Below, one piece after another: positions 12,441-22,921 of a stretch of DNA of 64,000 nt (positions are counted from its first letter, which is position 1; each line of letters starts with the position of its first letter). The DNA is from Tubulanus polymorphus (Eukaryota > Animalia > Nemertea). A model generated the notes under the pieces. The model had not been told where the DNA came from. It ran no database searches and worked only from the letters and a program-made list of their open reading frames with translations. The DNA is taken from assembly GCF_964204645.1 (NCBI RefSeq), contig NC_134030.1, positions 16,802,110 through 16,866,109 of the forward strand. The letters run 5' to 3'. The position numbers and the translations under genes were made by a program.

Positions 12441-14672
12441 ATGGATTCAGAGCAATATGAGAAATTTAGTTCAATGACACTCGTTGAACTAAAAGCTAAG
12501 CTACGTGAAAGGGGAATAAAAGTATCGGGAAAGAAAAAATCGCTTGTAGATCGGTAAGTCTGAATGAAACTGAAACACACAATTTTTTTTTAATTCCGGG
12601 TTCGCATTCGCGGCCTACTTAAACTTTTACGACTTTACAAACAAATACGAATTACATGTAATAATTACACTATTTGAGCTGTTCATATGCGAAATTTTTT
12701 AATGTTATTGTAATTTTTGCGGCAGAAATTTCTTAGATTTATTGATGGTGATGTGATAGTACGGCCTATTCGTAAAATGACAATGCCAACAATGAACAAT
12801 GAAGTTTATTCAAACCTGACACTACTATGAATGGGACCTTAAAAGGCCACTTCTACAAATAATGGTGATTGCTTTTAAACTATTTTTAATTTTTTTTCTG
12901 TAGGTTAGTATTTTTCGATACAATCGGGAAAAAGTTACTGGAACCAGAGCCGGAATATTGCATGCAGTTGCCGGATCCTTCCCTCTTCAAGGATATTCAT
13001 GGTGGAATTAGAGAAGCTTTTCCGCCGTGTACCGCCGACAGAATAACGGAATATTTGAGCTGTTCCGATAAGAAAATTGAAAAGAAGATTGAAGATTTGT
13101 ATAAAGAAAGGTGATTAGGCCTAAGGCTGTCTCTATTTTCATAATGTTCATCGTATTGCACTTTCCTATGTGACAATTGTATATTTCTAGATACGTCCGA
13201 TATATAAGATCGACCGCCAAGAATGATCTGACATTTATAAAGGGGAATGTTTGGGCAGAAATGCGAAAAGCAACATCTTATGGTGTTGAAATAAGTCTAA
13301 ATCGTGATGGGGTGGTTGTCAAGTGTCAGTGTGAATGCGCAGTGGGCCAGGGACCAACAGCACACTGCAAACACGTAATTTGTATCCTTTACGGACTAGC
13401 TCATTTCAAGAAAACCTGGGATGTACTAACAGAAATAACTTGTACTCAGGTGAGTCGAGAAAAATTCATCTGCTTTGTTCAATTATTCGGTTCTATTTAA
13501 TGAGGATACATTCTTATTTCAGGTTCTCCAAAAATTCCATCAAGCCAAGCCCCATAAAGGTAGTCCAATAAAATGCAAACAGTTCGGCGAAGTGAGAGGA
13601 AAATCTAAGTCTCTAATTTATGATCCGCGTCCGCTAAAGAAGAGAAATGTGCCTGGAAAAGAAGACACTTGGAGAAATGCCATAATTAATCACCAAGTAA
13701 GAAAACTATTTTTTATTTAGCATTTTTCGAAGTCAGTATCGATTATGGGTATTAACATTTTTTTTTTTTATCTATCTCAAATTAAGGGTAGAAAAAGGAT
13801 GCCCATTTCGCAGTTATTCCCACCAGCGGATATAGAATCACTTACTATTGACCATGACTACATGAAACCAATGATGGAAGAAGACTTTTTAATTAAGCTT
13901 AAGGTACGTTGATGTTAAAGACTCACTGCCTTTCGATAACCTTTGTTGGTTTTTTATTTCAACTATAAAATGAGATAATATTTTCTGTTTTAGGTTTCTG
14001 CTATCTCTGATTTGGAAGTTAGGGAAACAGAAGTCAACATCGGGCGCAGGGCGAATCAAAATTGTGGCTAAATGAACGCAAGAAACGAATAACTGCTTCA
14101 AACTTTGGAACAATCTGTCGAATGACCGAGCAGAGAGACATTGACTCGCTACTCAAAACTTTAATCTCAAGAAGCGACATTAGAAGTCAGGCCATAAACC
14201 ACGGAAAAAAGTTCAAAAAAATAGCGCTCAAGAATTTTGAATGTTCGACAGATAAAAACTGCCATTTGTGGGCTCTTCATTTCGAGTCAAAACCCCATGT
14301 TAGCAGCCAGCCCAGATGCGGTAATTGACGATGAAACTCTTGTGGAGATTAAATGTCCTTTTTCTGCACGTAACTGAAATAAATCCCATTACTGTGCCAT
14401 ATCTTGTTATGAATGATAATAATGAACTTGAACTGAAGAAAACTCATCAATATTATTACCAAATCCAAGGTCAATTGTACTGTTCGAGACGAAAGTATTG
14501 TAAGTTTATTGTATATACATTTGTAGACATGAAAGTTTTTGATATTTGCTATGAAACGGAATTCGTTGATTCAATGGTGCAGAAACTAGTATGCTTTTAT
14601 AGAAACCATTTCCGAAAAGCCATTTTATCCAAATACTTCTATAGGAATACAAGAATGTACAATTTCACTTAA
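12441..14672 (+). pseudogene. SAP + SWIM + YqaJ (lambda-exonuclease-like) protein, spliced, frameshifted
   Basis: SMTLVELKAKLRERGIKVSGKKKSLVDR; CQCECAVGQGPTAHCKH; RKKRITASNFG; LAASPD..EIKCP; HQYYYQIQGQL. Confidence 0.85.
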
Positions 14673-14677
14673 ACTAT

Positions 14678-16203
14678 TTATTCAATCATCATGTTATAAA
14701 TTACGCATCCAATGGTACAATACATTGTTTGAAATAACACAATAAAAAACACAGTTATTATTGCATCGGCTAATTCTGAGTCAGTGTTGTTCAACGGAGT
14801 AGTCAATATTTTGAATGTTTTTGCAAGTCCAATAATTCTTTCCACGTGAACTCGTTTGCTTGCGATTTTTCTATCACTTACAACTGATTGAGCAGACATC
14901 CTGTTTTTCTTTTTGAAAAATTCAGGGATATTGACAGTAACTTGGGCAGGTATGAATAAATCCTAAACATTAAATCCCTTGTCTGACATTATTGAGTCTC
15001 CAGGATCACACATTCTTGTAAGATTACTCCTTTCGCATATCTGGCGGTCACTAGCTGACCCCCCATATGAATCTGAAATATAACTAACTAGACCTCCTGG
15101 CGTGATTCCGATCAATACTTTAACAGTATTCCGATTTTTGTACGTGGAGTAGGTAGCCTGTTGCGCAACAGGCTGCTTGGGTTTTTTTAGAGGAATTTCT
15201 GTCCCATCAATTATCACTCTCGTTGTTGGAAATTTGATCTTGAAATCACTTGGTGAACAGAATCGGACTTACTCGGTCAAAAATTTATCTCTTTGAATTC
15301 GCACATTAGAAAATTAATCCAGGTGACAAAGATATTTGTAACCTCCTTTTCATTTATATCGAAAAATCCAAAATATTTCATATTTTGAATACGCTCGACG
15401 CAGTTTAATGAGGGTCATATAAAACTCATCTTCAGCAGTTAAGGAAGGGGCTATGCCATAATAATAATTCAGTTCATTCACTGTTTCTCCAAGCAATGAA
15501 AAAATAAGGATAAAAGTATCATAATCTTCTAAACCGGTGTTGAAGTGGAAACATTTTTTATCATAAACATAGTCCTTTGAAGAAAATCCATGTCTCGCCG
15601 TTGTCTGTGAGCATCTGTTTCGAGTTACACAATTATCAGTTAAATGCTGGCTCTCATCTGCTTGTAAAACAGTTTTTTCGGTTGCATCTGAGGCGACATC
15701 CACATTTGCACCGACATTGTCCCATATTAGGAGAGGAAACAATTCAATTCGCTGGCGCTTTTTGGCTCGTTCAATTCAATCATTTTCACAGGGCTTCTGC
15801 TTGCTTGTCCAGTTGATATGTGGGGGGATGGTGCCAATCTTCAACCTTTGGTGCACTGGTCTGTCTTCTGTCAAAGAAATAGCATACACACATTAGACTA
15901 CCATTGGAATTCTATTACCCTTTTGGTATTTTATTTTCATAAAACTAATCCACATATTGTGAGATAAGATATCGTGGCTTGAGTAGAAATAAAATAATAG
16001 TTATAGAACTTACTTTCCACTGTTTCTGTGATATAATCATCGGAACTAAAATGAGCCCTACACACGGTAGTCCACGGCTTCGGCGACCAACGGTGCTCAC
16101 CACGCTTTACTGCCTGTATCCAACATTTTTTTAATTCGGCATCACTTGGAAAGCGATGGCCTCCTTTGCCAATACAATGAGGGACACAACAATGACCTGG
16201 CAT
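14678..16203 (-). pseudogene. THAP-domain Harbinger-type DDE transposase, frameshifted
   Basis: THAP CCVPHC..HRFP..W..VCRAHF; IIDGTEI, YSTYKNRNTVK, GGSASD, MSDKGF, RVHVERIIG. Confidence 0.9.
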
Positions 16204-17609
16204 ATTTAGAAACCCTTGAATAAACACGCTTAATAAACGAGTTTACATGTGTATAACAATACCAAAAGAATGCGTGAATAGATCACTTCCGGGTTGAGCG
16301 AGTCGTACTCGACTTGCGCGCCATCATGCGGTCGCTGTGGTGTGCGGGTTCCTCATTGATTTACTACTGGTAGATCAAATATTCCTACGTTATCTTGCTG
16401 GAAATAACATACTCTAATGCATCTACAGTTGTCTTGATTTCTTGATACATTTTTGAAGTGCTTGGTTCAATACTACTTTCCATAACGACGACTTTCTGAA
16501 GAAAAACAGGTCATGAATTAACAGTTTATAGGCCCTATAATGTAACCACATGTAAGAATCTCCTTTTTTCAATCATACCTTTGTTCTCCTTGCGATTGAC
16601 TCCAGTTTTGTTTCATCATGTTTCAAATTTTTCTTTTGTTCAATCCTTAGTTTCTTATCAATTTTTTTCTTCTTCTCGTTTTCGTTCTAACTCGGCAGCT
16701 TCTAGTTTGCTCTTGTAAGCTTCGTTGCTGGATATGATGAAATAATGTTCAGGTGATGACTTTCTTTTATTTTTTGTTTTCAATGATTCTTTCGGATAGA
16801 TAAGTATGTCGCTGTTACTGCTTTCAGGGTTTGACTTGTTGGAAAATGGAATTGAAGGATCAATCGACTTCTGAAATTATTAACTGCATCAAAAACAGTC
16901 TTTTGGAATGCTCTCTAAGAAGTATGTTAAAGAAATAAGTTTTTAGCATTGGTTGACGTCTATGATGTCATGCCAATGCTAGTAAAATGGATCGAAAATA
17001 GTAGTACGAAAAAATAGCGCCGACTCTTCTCATTTTCATAGTAACTTCAAATTGTCACTCTGTTCACGTAAAACATTAGAAACAGCTGAAAATGACTAAA
17101 AAATGTTTCAATTATTCCCCACAACATAGCGTCGCCAGATTTCTGATTTAATGGTCCAAAAAGTTATTCGATCGCATTTTTCTCGTTCATTATCTGGTTG
17201 ATGAGAGCGGGTTAAACAAGGGCGTAGCGTAATGTCGGCATTGACATTGGCAGTAAAGAATGGGGAACAGCCTCTTCTGAATAGAAAAACATAAAATTAA
17301 TAGGGATAATAGGCTTTCATACCAAAGGTCGAAAGGTCGAGCCCGAGAAATTTTCCAAAATGTTAAAATAACAACAATTTCTACTTGAATTAGTCGCAAA
17401 ACTCATAAAAATGAAAAATAAATTCTCACACACTCGAATTTATTTTCCATTTTCTACTCACTAGAAGAAAGTGTGAGTAAAGTGTGAGTGAAATAGTTTA
17501 TATTTTAAACATATTTCGAGTAAAAATATTTGTATGAGTTAGATTTTTTAAACATTAAAAGTGTGAGTAAAGTGTGAGTGAAATAATTCATAAATCATTG
17601 AATATTTAT

Positions 17610-18269
17610 ATGCGTTGGATTCATTTTAATAAAAATTTTGTTATAAAAATGAAGAAAGGAGAAGAAGAACCCAACTTTAAAATCGAAATCAATGAAACCA
17701 ATAAATCATTTTCACAGTTTTACATTAAAAATTATATTTCAGCAACAAATTTAGTGTCCGCAAGGTATTATAAAATCGATAACATAACTATGATTAATCA
17801 ATTATCATCAAATGAAACATATTTAATTACTGAACTAGTAGATACTTTTGATAATGGCGTTAAAAATCCTAAAATATTCAATACAGTTTTAAATTTTAAA
17901 GGAACTTTAGATGAAAACATAATTAATATTCTTAAAACTCCTTTCAATGAAAGAAATGATGATTTAATACTTTCTAAAGATTATAATGATTTGATTAACT
18001 TAAGAATTGAAAAAAGACAATTATATTATTTCAATTTTGATAATAAACAAATTATCTATAATGAAAATTCATCAAATATTGGAATTCAATGTGAGTTAGC
18101 TAATGAAAAATCATTTAAAGATATTGCAGTTCAATGTAAATTAGATGATGAATTTAGAAAATTCAATCCTAATGAAAAAGTGCATTGTTATTGCGGAGGT
18201 AAATATTTAAAATCACATAAATCAAAGCATTATGAAACAATTAAACATAAAAACTGGCGTAAAGAGTAA
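17610..18269 (+). CDS. Unit ORF1, ~219 aa, C-terminal CxC...H...H zinc-finger-like motif
   Basis: First ATG at 17610 within ORF 17574-18269; CYCGGKYLKSHKSKHYETIKH; homologue in copy B. Confidence 0.7.
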   Translation: MRWIHFNKNFVIKMKKGEEEPNFKIEINETNKSFSQFYIKNYISATNLVSARYYKIDNITMINQLSSNETYLITELVDTFDNGVKNPKIFNTVLNFKGTLDENIINILKTPFNERNDDLILSKDYNDLINLRIEKRQLYYFNFDNKQIIYNENSSNIGIQCELANEKSFKDIAVQCKLDDEFRKFNPNEKVHCYCGGKYLKSHKSKHYETIKHKNWRKE

Positions 18270-18321
18270 CAATTCTACATTATAATTATTGAATTGAGTT
18301 AAATGATTTAAATATCTAATA

Positions 18322-18728
18322 GACTGTTGAAATGATAAATTGTTTGACAGTTGAAATGATAAATTGTTTGACAGTTAAAATGATAAATTGTTTGACAGTT
18401 AAAATGATAAATTGTTTGACAGTTGAAATGATAAGACAGTTAAAATGATAAATTGTTTGACAGTTGAAATGATAAATATTTTGACAGTTGAAATGATAAA
18501 TTGTTTGACAGTTAAAATGATAAATTGTTTGACAGTTGAAATGATAAATTGTTTGACAGTTAAAATGATACATTGTTTGACAGTTGAAATGATAAATTGT
18601 TTGACAGTTGAAATGATAAATTGTTTGACAGTTGAAATGATAAATATTTTGACAGTTGAAATGATAAATATTTTGACAGTTGAAATGATAAATTGTTCGG
18701 CAGTTGAAATGATAAATTGTTTGGCTGT
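18322..18728. repeat. 24-bp minisatellite, ~17 units
   Basis: Unit acagttgaaatgataaattgtttg; mirrored at 21803-22209; absent from copy B. Confidence 0.95.
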
Positions 18729-18847
18729 AAATTTAATTGTTATTTGATTTAATCATTTAAAAGTTTAATATTTTTAAAATGATTATAAAATATTTAATTA
18801 AAAACTAGCAAATATTTTATAAACTGTTTAATTTTTCTCTTAAATAA

Positions 18848-19066
18848 ATGGATGGTTTCATTCCAACTGGGAAAAGTGATTTGAAACATTATTTAGTTGC
18901 TGGAGGTTTAATATTGGCGGCATTATACTTTTACTATGAAAATATTTCAAAAGATTTGATGAATGAAAATAATAAATTGAGTAAAAAATTAAAGAAGTTA
19001 AATGGAAACAATCACAGAAATAAAAAGAATAAAAAAGTTAATTTAGAAAATGATTTAGAGGATTAA
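18848..19066 (+). CDS. Unit ORF2, 72 aa, single-TM protein with basic tail
   Basis: YLVAGGLILAALYFYY hydrophobic helix; TAAATG start; divergence from copy B mostly synonymous. Confidence 0.75.
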   Translation: MDGFIPTGKSDLKHYLVAGGLILAALYFYYENISKDLMNENNKLSKKLKKLNGNNHRNKKNKKVNLENDLED

Positions 19067-19104
19067 AACAGCATCTTTTAATTTCATTTATTTTGACTAT
19101 AAAA

Positions 19105-19407
19105 ATGAGTGAAAATATATTAAACTTATTACATCTAATATATAAAAATCAACAGAATATTAAATCAATTATTATGCTTACAGGTTTATTTTCATTCTCA
19201 GTTTATACTATAAAACAGTTGTTAGAATTCTATGATAGCTGTAAAATTAGATACACTGAATTAATAGAAAATATGAATTATATTTCAGATAGATTGAATA
19301 ATATTAAGTGTTGTGAAATTTGTAATAAAAGATATAAAAATAAAAAGAGTTTGAGAAATCATAAATATATTCATGAATTAGATGATAAACTGTATAATTC
19401 AAATTGA
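19105..19407 (+). CDS. Unit ORF3, ~100 aa, hydrophobic segment plus C2H2 zinc finger
   Basis: CEICNKRYKNKKSLRNHKYIH; AAAAATG start; conserved in copy B. Confidence 0.75.
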   Translation: MSENILNLLHLIYKNQQNIKSIIMLTGLFSFSVYTIKQLLEFYDSCKIRYTELIENMNYISDRLNNIKCCEICNKRYKNKKSLRNHKYIHELDDKLYNSN

Positions 19408-19520
19408 GAATAAGACTGTTAAATTGGTTGAAAATATAAAAATAGATAATATTATAACTATTTCAATATTTAGATTAATAATTTATATTTATGATTTTTA
19501 TAAAAACTAATTTATATATC

Positions 19521-19605
19521 TATGTACTAGACGTACGAGTAAGAAAGTAAGATTCTTGCCAAGAAAGTAAGAATCTTACTTTCTTACTCGTACGTCTAGT
19601 ACATA
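19521..19605. repeat. Internal perfect hairpin, 37-bp arms, 11-nt loop (mirror at 20926-21010)
   Basis: tatgtactagacgtacgagtaagaaagtaagattctt-gccaagaaagt-reverse complement. Confidence 0.9.
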
Positions 19606-21123
19606 AATAGTTTTATCATATATATTTCTGTTTCAATTTCTATTTATCTAACAGATTTATTATAAATATTTGGAAAATTATAAATCATATTCAATTATGT
19701 ATTTACATTTATCATTAATAAAAGAGGATTACAATGAACCCGCTAGATTGTTTAACTGTTTAAGTATTAAATTGTGTATATTGTATATTCATAAACTAAA
19801 TGAAATAAATCACGAATAAGACTGTTAAATTAGTTGAAAATATAAAAGTTAATAAAAAAGGGGGTTGAGGCATCAATGTATTAGATACCCTATTAGATAC
19901 CCTAATACCATGTATTAAATACGTATCAAATACGTATTAATGGTATTTAATACGTATTAATGGTATTAAATACATATTATGCTTTATTTCTGAAAATGAA
20001 GTAACAGAAGTAATTTATGTTTTAATTCATTCAAGTATGATATTGTAAATTCTTTACATTTGACTAGGATAATACAAGAGTGATATTAGTTAGTTGGCTT
20101 ATTCAATAAGAGAAACAATGAAATAATACAAGAGTGATACTAACAGTTAAAGTTATTGAATTTCTTGTTAAATCTATTTGAATTCTAGTCAATTCTTGTT
20201 AACCAATAGCGCGAATAGAAATCAAGTAGATTTAAATAAAAAAACAATAAGTTACTTTATCTAATACTAACTTATTTAACTTATTGTTTTTTTATTTAAA
20301 TCTACTTGATTTCTATTCGCGCTATTGGTTAACAAGAATTGACTAGAATTCAAATAGATTTAACAAGAAATTCAATAACTTTAACTGTTAGTATCACTCT
20401 TGTATTATTTCATTGTTTCTCTTATTGAATAAGCCAACTAACTAATATCACTCTTGTATTATCCTAGTCAAATGTAAAGAATTTACAATATCATACTTGA
20501 ATGAATTAAAACATAAATTACTTCTGTTACTTCATTTTCAGAAATAAAGCATAATATGTATTTAATACCATTAATACGTATTAAATACCATTAATACGTA
20601 TTTGATACGTATTTAATACATGGTATTAGGGTATCTAATAGGGTATCTAATACATTGATGCCTCAACCCCCTTTTTTATTAACTTTTATATTTTCAACTA
20701 ATTTAACAGTCTTATTCGTGATTTATTTCATTTAGTTTATGAATATACAATATACACAATTTAATACTTAAACAGTTAAACAATCTAGCGGGTTCATTGT
20801 AATCCTCTTTTATTAATGATAAATGTAAATACATAATTGAATATGATTTATAATTTTCCAAATATTTATAATAAATCTGTTAGATAAATAGAAATTGAAA
20901 CAGAAATATATATGATAAAACTATTTATGTACTAGACGTACGAGTAAGAAAGTAAGATTCTTACTTTCTTGGCAAGAATCTTACTTTCTTACTCGTACGT
21001 CTAGTACATAGATATATAAATTAGTTTTTATAAAAATCATAAATATAAATTATTAATCTAAATATTGAAATAGTTATAATATTATCTATTTTTATATTTT
21101 CAACCAATTTAACAGTCTTATTC

Positions 21124-21426
21124 TCAATTTGAATTATACAGTTTATCATCTAATTCATGAATATATTTATGATTTCTCAAACTCTTTTTATTTTTATATC
21201 TTTTATTACAAATTTCACAACACTTAATATTATTCAATCTATCTGAAATATAATTCATATTTTCTATTAATTCAGTGTATCTAATTTTACAGCTATCATA
21301 GAATTCTAACAACTGTTTTATAGTATAAACTGAGAATGAAAATAAACCTGTAAGCATAATAATTGATTTAATATTCTGTTGATTTTTATATATTAGATGT
21401 AATAAGTTTAATATATTTTCACTCAT
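21124..21426 (-). CDS. Unit ORF3, mirror copy
   Basis: Translation identical to 19105-19407. Confidence 0.75.
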   Translation of the reverse strand: MSENILNLLHLIYKNQQNIKSIIMLTGLFSFSVYTIKQLLEFYDSCKIRYTELIENMNYISDRLNNIKCCEICNKRYKNKKSLRNHKYIHELDDKLYNSN

Positions 21427-21464
21427 TTTTATAGTCAAAATAAATGAAATTAAAAGATGCTGTT

Positions 21465-21683
21465 TTAATCCTCTAAATCATTTTCTAAATTAACTTTTTT
21501 ATTCTTTTTATTTCTGTGATTGTTTCCATTTAACTTCTTTAATTTTTTACTCAATTTATTATTTTCATTCATCAAATCTTTTGAAATATTTTCATAGTAA
21601 AAGTATAATGCCGCCAATATTAAACCTCCAGCAACTAAATAATGTTTCAAATCACTTTTCCCAGTTGGAATGAAACCATCCAT
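21465..21683 (-). CDS. Unit ORF2, mirror copy
   Basis: Translation identical to 18848-19066. Confidence 0.75.
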   Translation of the reverse strand: MDGFIPTGKSDLKHYLVAGGLILAALYFYYENISKDLMNENNKLSKKLKKLNGNNHRNKKNKKVNLENDLED

Positions 21684-21802
21684 TTATTTAAGAGAAAAAT
21701 TAAACAGTTTATAAAATATTTGCTAGTTTTTAATTAAATATTTTATAATCATTTTAAAAATATTAAACTTTTAAATGATTAAATCAAATAACAATTAAAT
21801 TT

Positions 21803-22209
21803 ACAGCCAAACAATTTATCATTTCAACTGCCGAACAATTTATCATTTCAACTGTCAAAATATTTATCATTTCAACTGTCAAAATATTTATCATTTCAAC
21901 TTTCAAACAATTTATCATTTTAACTGTCAAACAATTTATCATTTCAACTGTCAAACAATGTATCATTTTAACTGTCAAACAATTTATCATTTCAACTGTC
22001 AAACAATTTATCATTTTAACTGTCAAACAATTTATCATTTCAACTGTCAAAATATTTATCATTTCAACTGTCAAACAATTTATCATTTTAACTGTCTTAT
22101 CATTTCAACTGTCAAACAATTTATCATTTTAACTGTCAAACAATTTATCATTTTAACTGTCAAACAATTTATCATTTCAACTGTCAAACAATTTATCATT
22201 TCAACAGTC
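21803..22209. repeat. 24-bp minisatellite, mirror copy
   Basis: Reverse complement of 18322-18728 with at least two substitutions. Confidence 0.95.
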
Positions 22210-22261
22210 TATTAGATATTTAAATCATTTAACTCAATTCAATAATTATAATGTAGAATTG

Positions 22262-22921
22262 TTACTCTTTACGCCAGTTTTTATGTTTAATTGTTTCATA
22301 ATGCTTTGATTTATGTGATTTTAAATATTTACCTCCGCAATAACAATGCACTTTTTCATTAGGATTGAATTTTCTAAATTCATCATCTAATTTACATTGA
22401 ACTGCAATATCTTTAAATGATTTTTCATTAGCTAACTCACATTGAATTCCAATATTTGATGAATTTTCATTATAGATAATTTGTTTATTATCAAAATTGA
22501 AATAATATAATTGTCTTTTTTCAATTCTTAAGTTAATCAAATCATTATAATCTTTAGAAAGTATTAAATCATCATTTCTTTCATTGAAAGGAGTTTTAAG
22601 AATATTAATTATGTTTTCATCTAAAGTTCCTTTAAAATTTAAAACTGTATTGAATATTTTAGGATTTTTAACGCCATTATCAAAAGTATCTACTAGTTCA
22701 GTAATTAAATATGTTTCATTTGATGATAATTGATTAATCATAGTTATGTTATCGATTTTATAATACCTTGCGGACACTAAATTTGTTGCTGAAATATAAT
22801 TTTTAATGTAAAACTGTGAAAATGATTTATTGGTTTCATTGATTTCGATTTTAAAGTTGGGTTCTTCTTCTCCTTTCTTCATTTTTATAACAAAATTTTT
22901 ATTAAAATGAATCCAACGCAT
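22262..22921 (-). CDS. Unit ORF1, mirror copy
   Basis: Translation identical to 17610-18269. Confidence 0.7.
   Translation of the reverse strand: MRWIHFNKNFVIKMKKGEEEPNFKIEINETNKSFSQFYIKNYISATNLVSARYYKIDNITMINQLSSNETYLITELVDTFDNGVKNPKIFNTVLNFKGTLDENIINILKTPFNERNDDLILSKDYNDLINLRIEKRQLYYFNFDNKQIIYNENSSNIGIQCELANEKSFKDIAVQCKLDDEFRKFNPNEKVHCYCGGKYLKSHKSKHYETIKHKNWRKE

Larger units (their letters stand above)
12316..16354. mobile_element. Full-length but decayed ISL2EU (PIF/Harbinger-related) DNA transposon
   Basis: Termini GAGG...CCTC flanked by AT (12314-15, 16355-56); two convergent genes, SAP-SWIM-YqaJ (+) and THAP-DDE transposase (-). Confidence 0.85.

Noticed and set aside
17190-17399. ORF MRLIQVEIVV... 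(and 23132-23374)
   Set aside because: Non-ATG start, and it runs across the element boundary into unrelated flanks.
18316-18747. ORFs MINCLTVE.../MYHFNCQT... and their mirrors
   Set aside because: By-products of the 24-bp repeat; absent from copy B.
20281-20301. Poxvirus concatemer resolution sequence next to the central hairpin
   Set aside because: T7 and TAAAT are present but only ~3 nt apart, shorter than in the poxvirus consensus, and such words are expected in AT-rich DNA.
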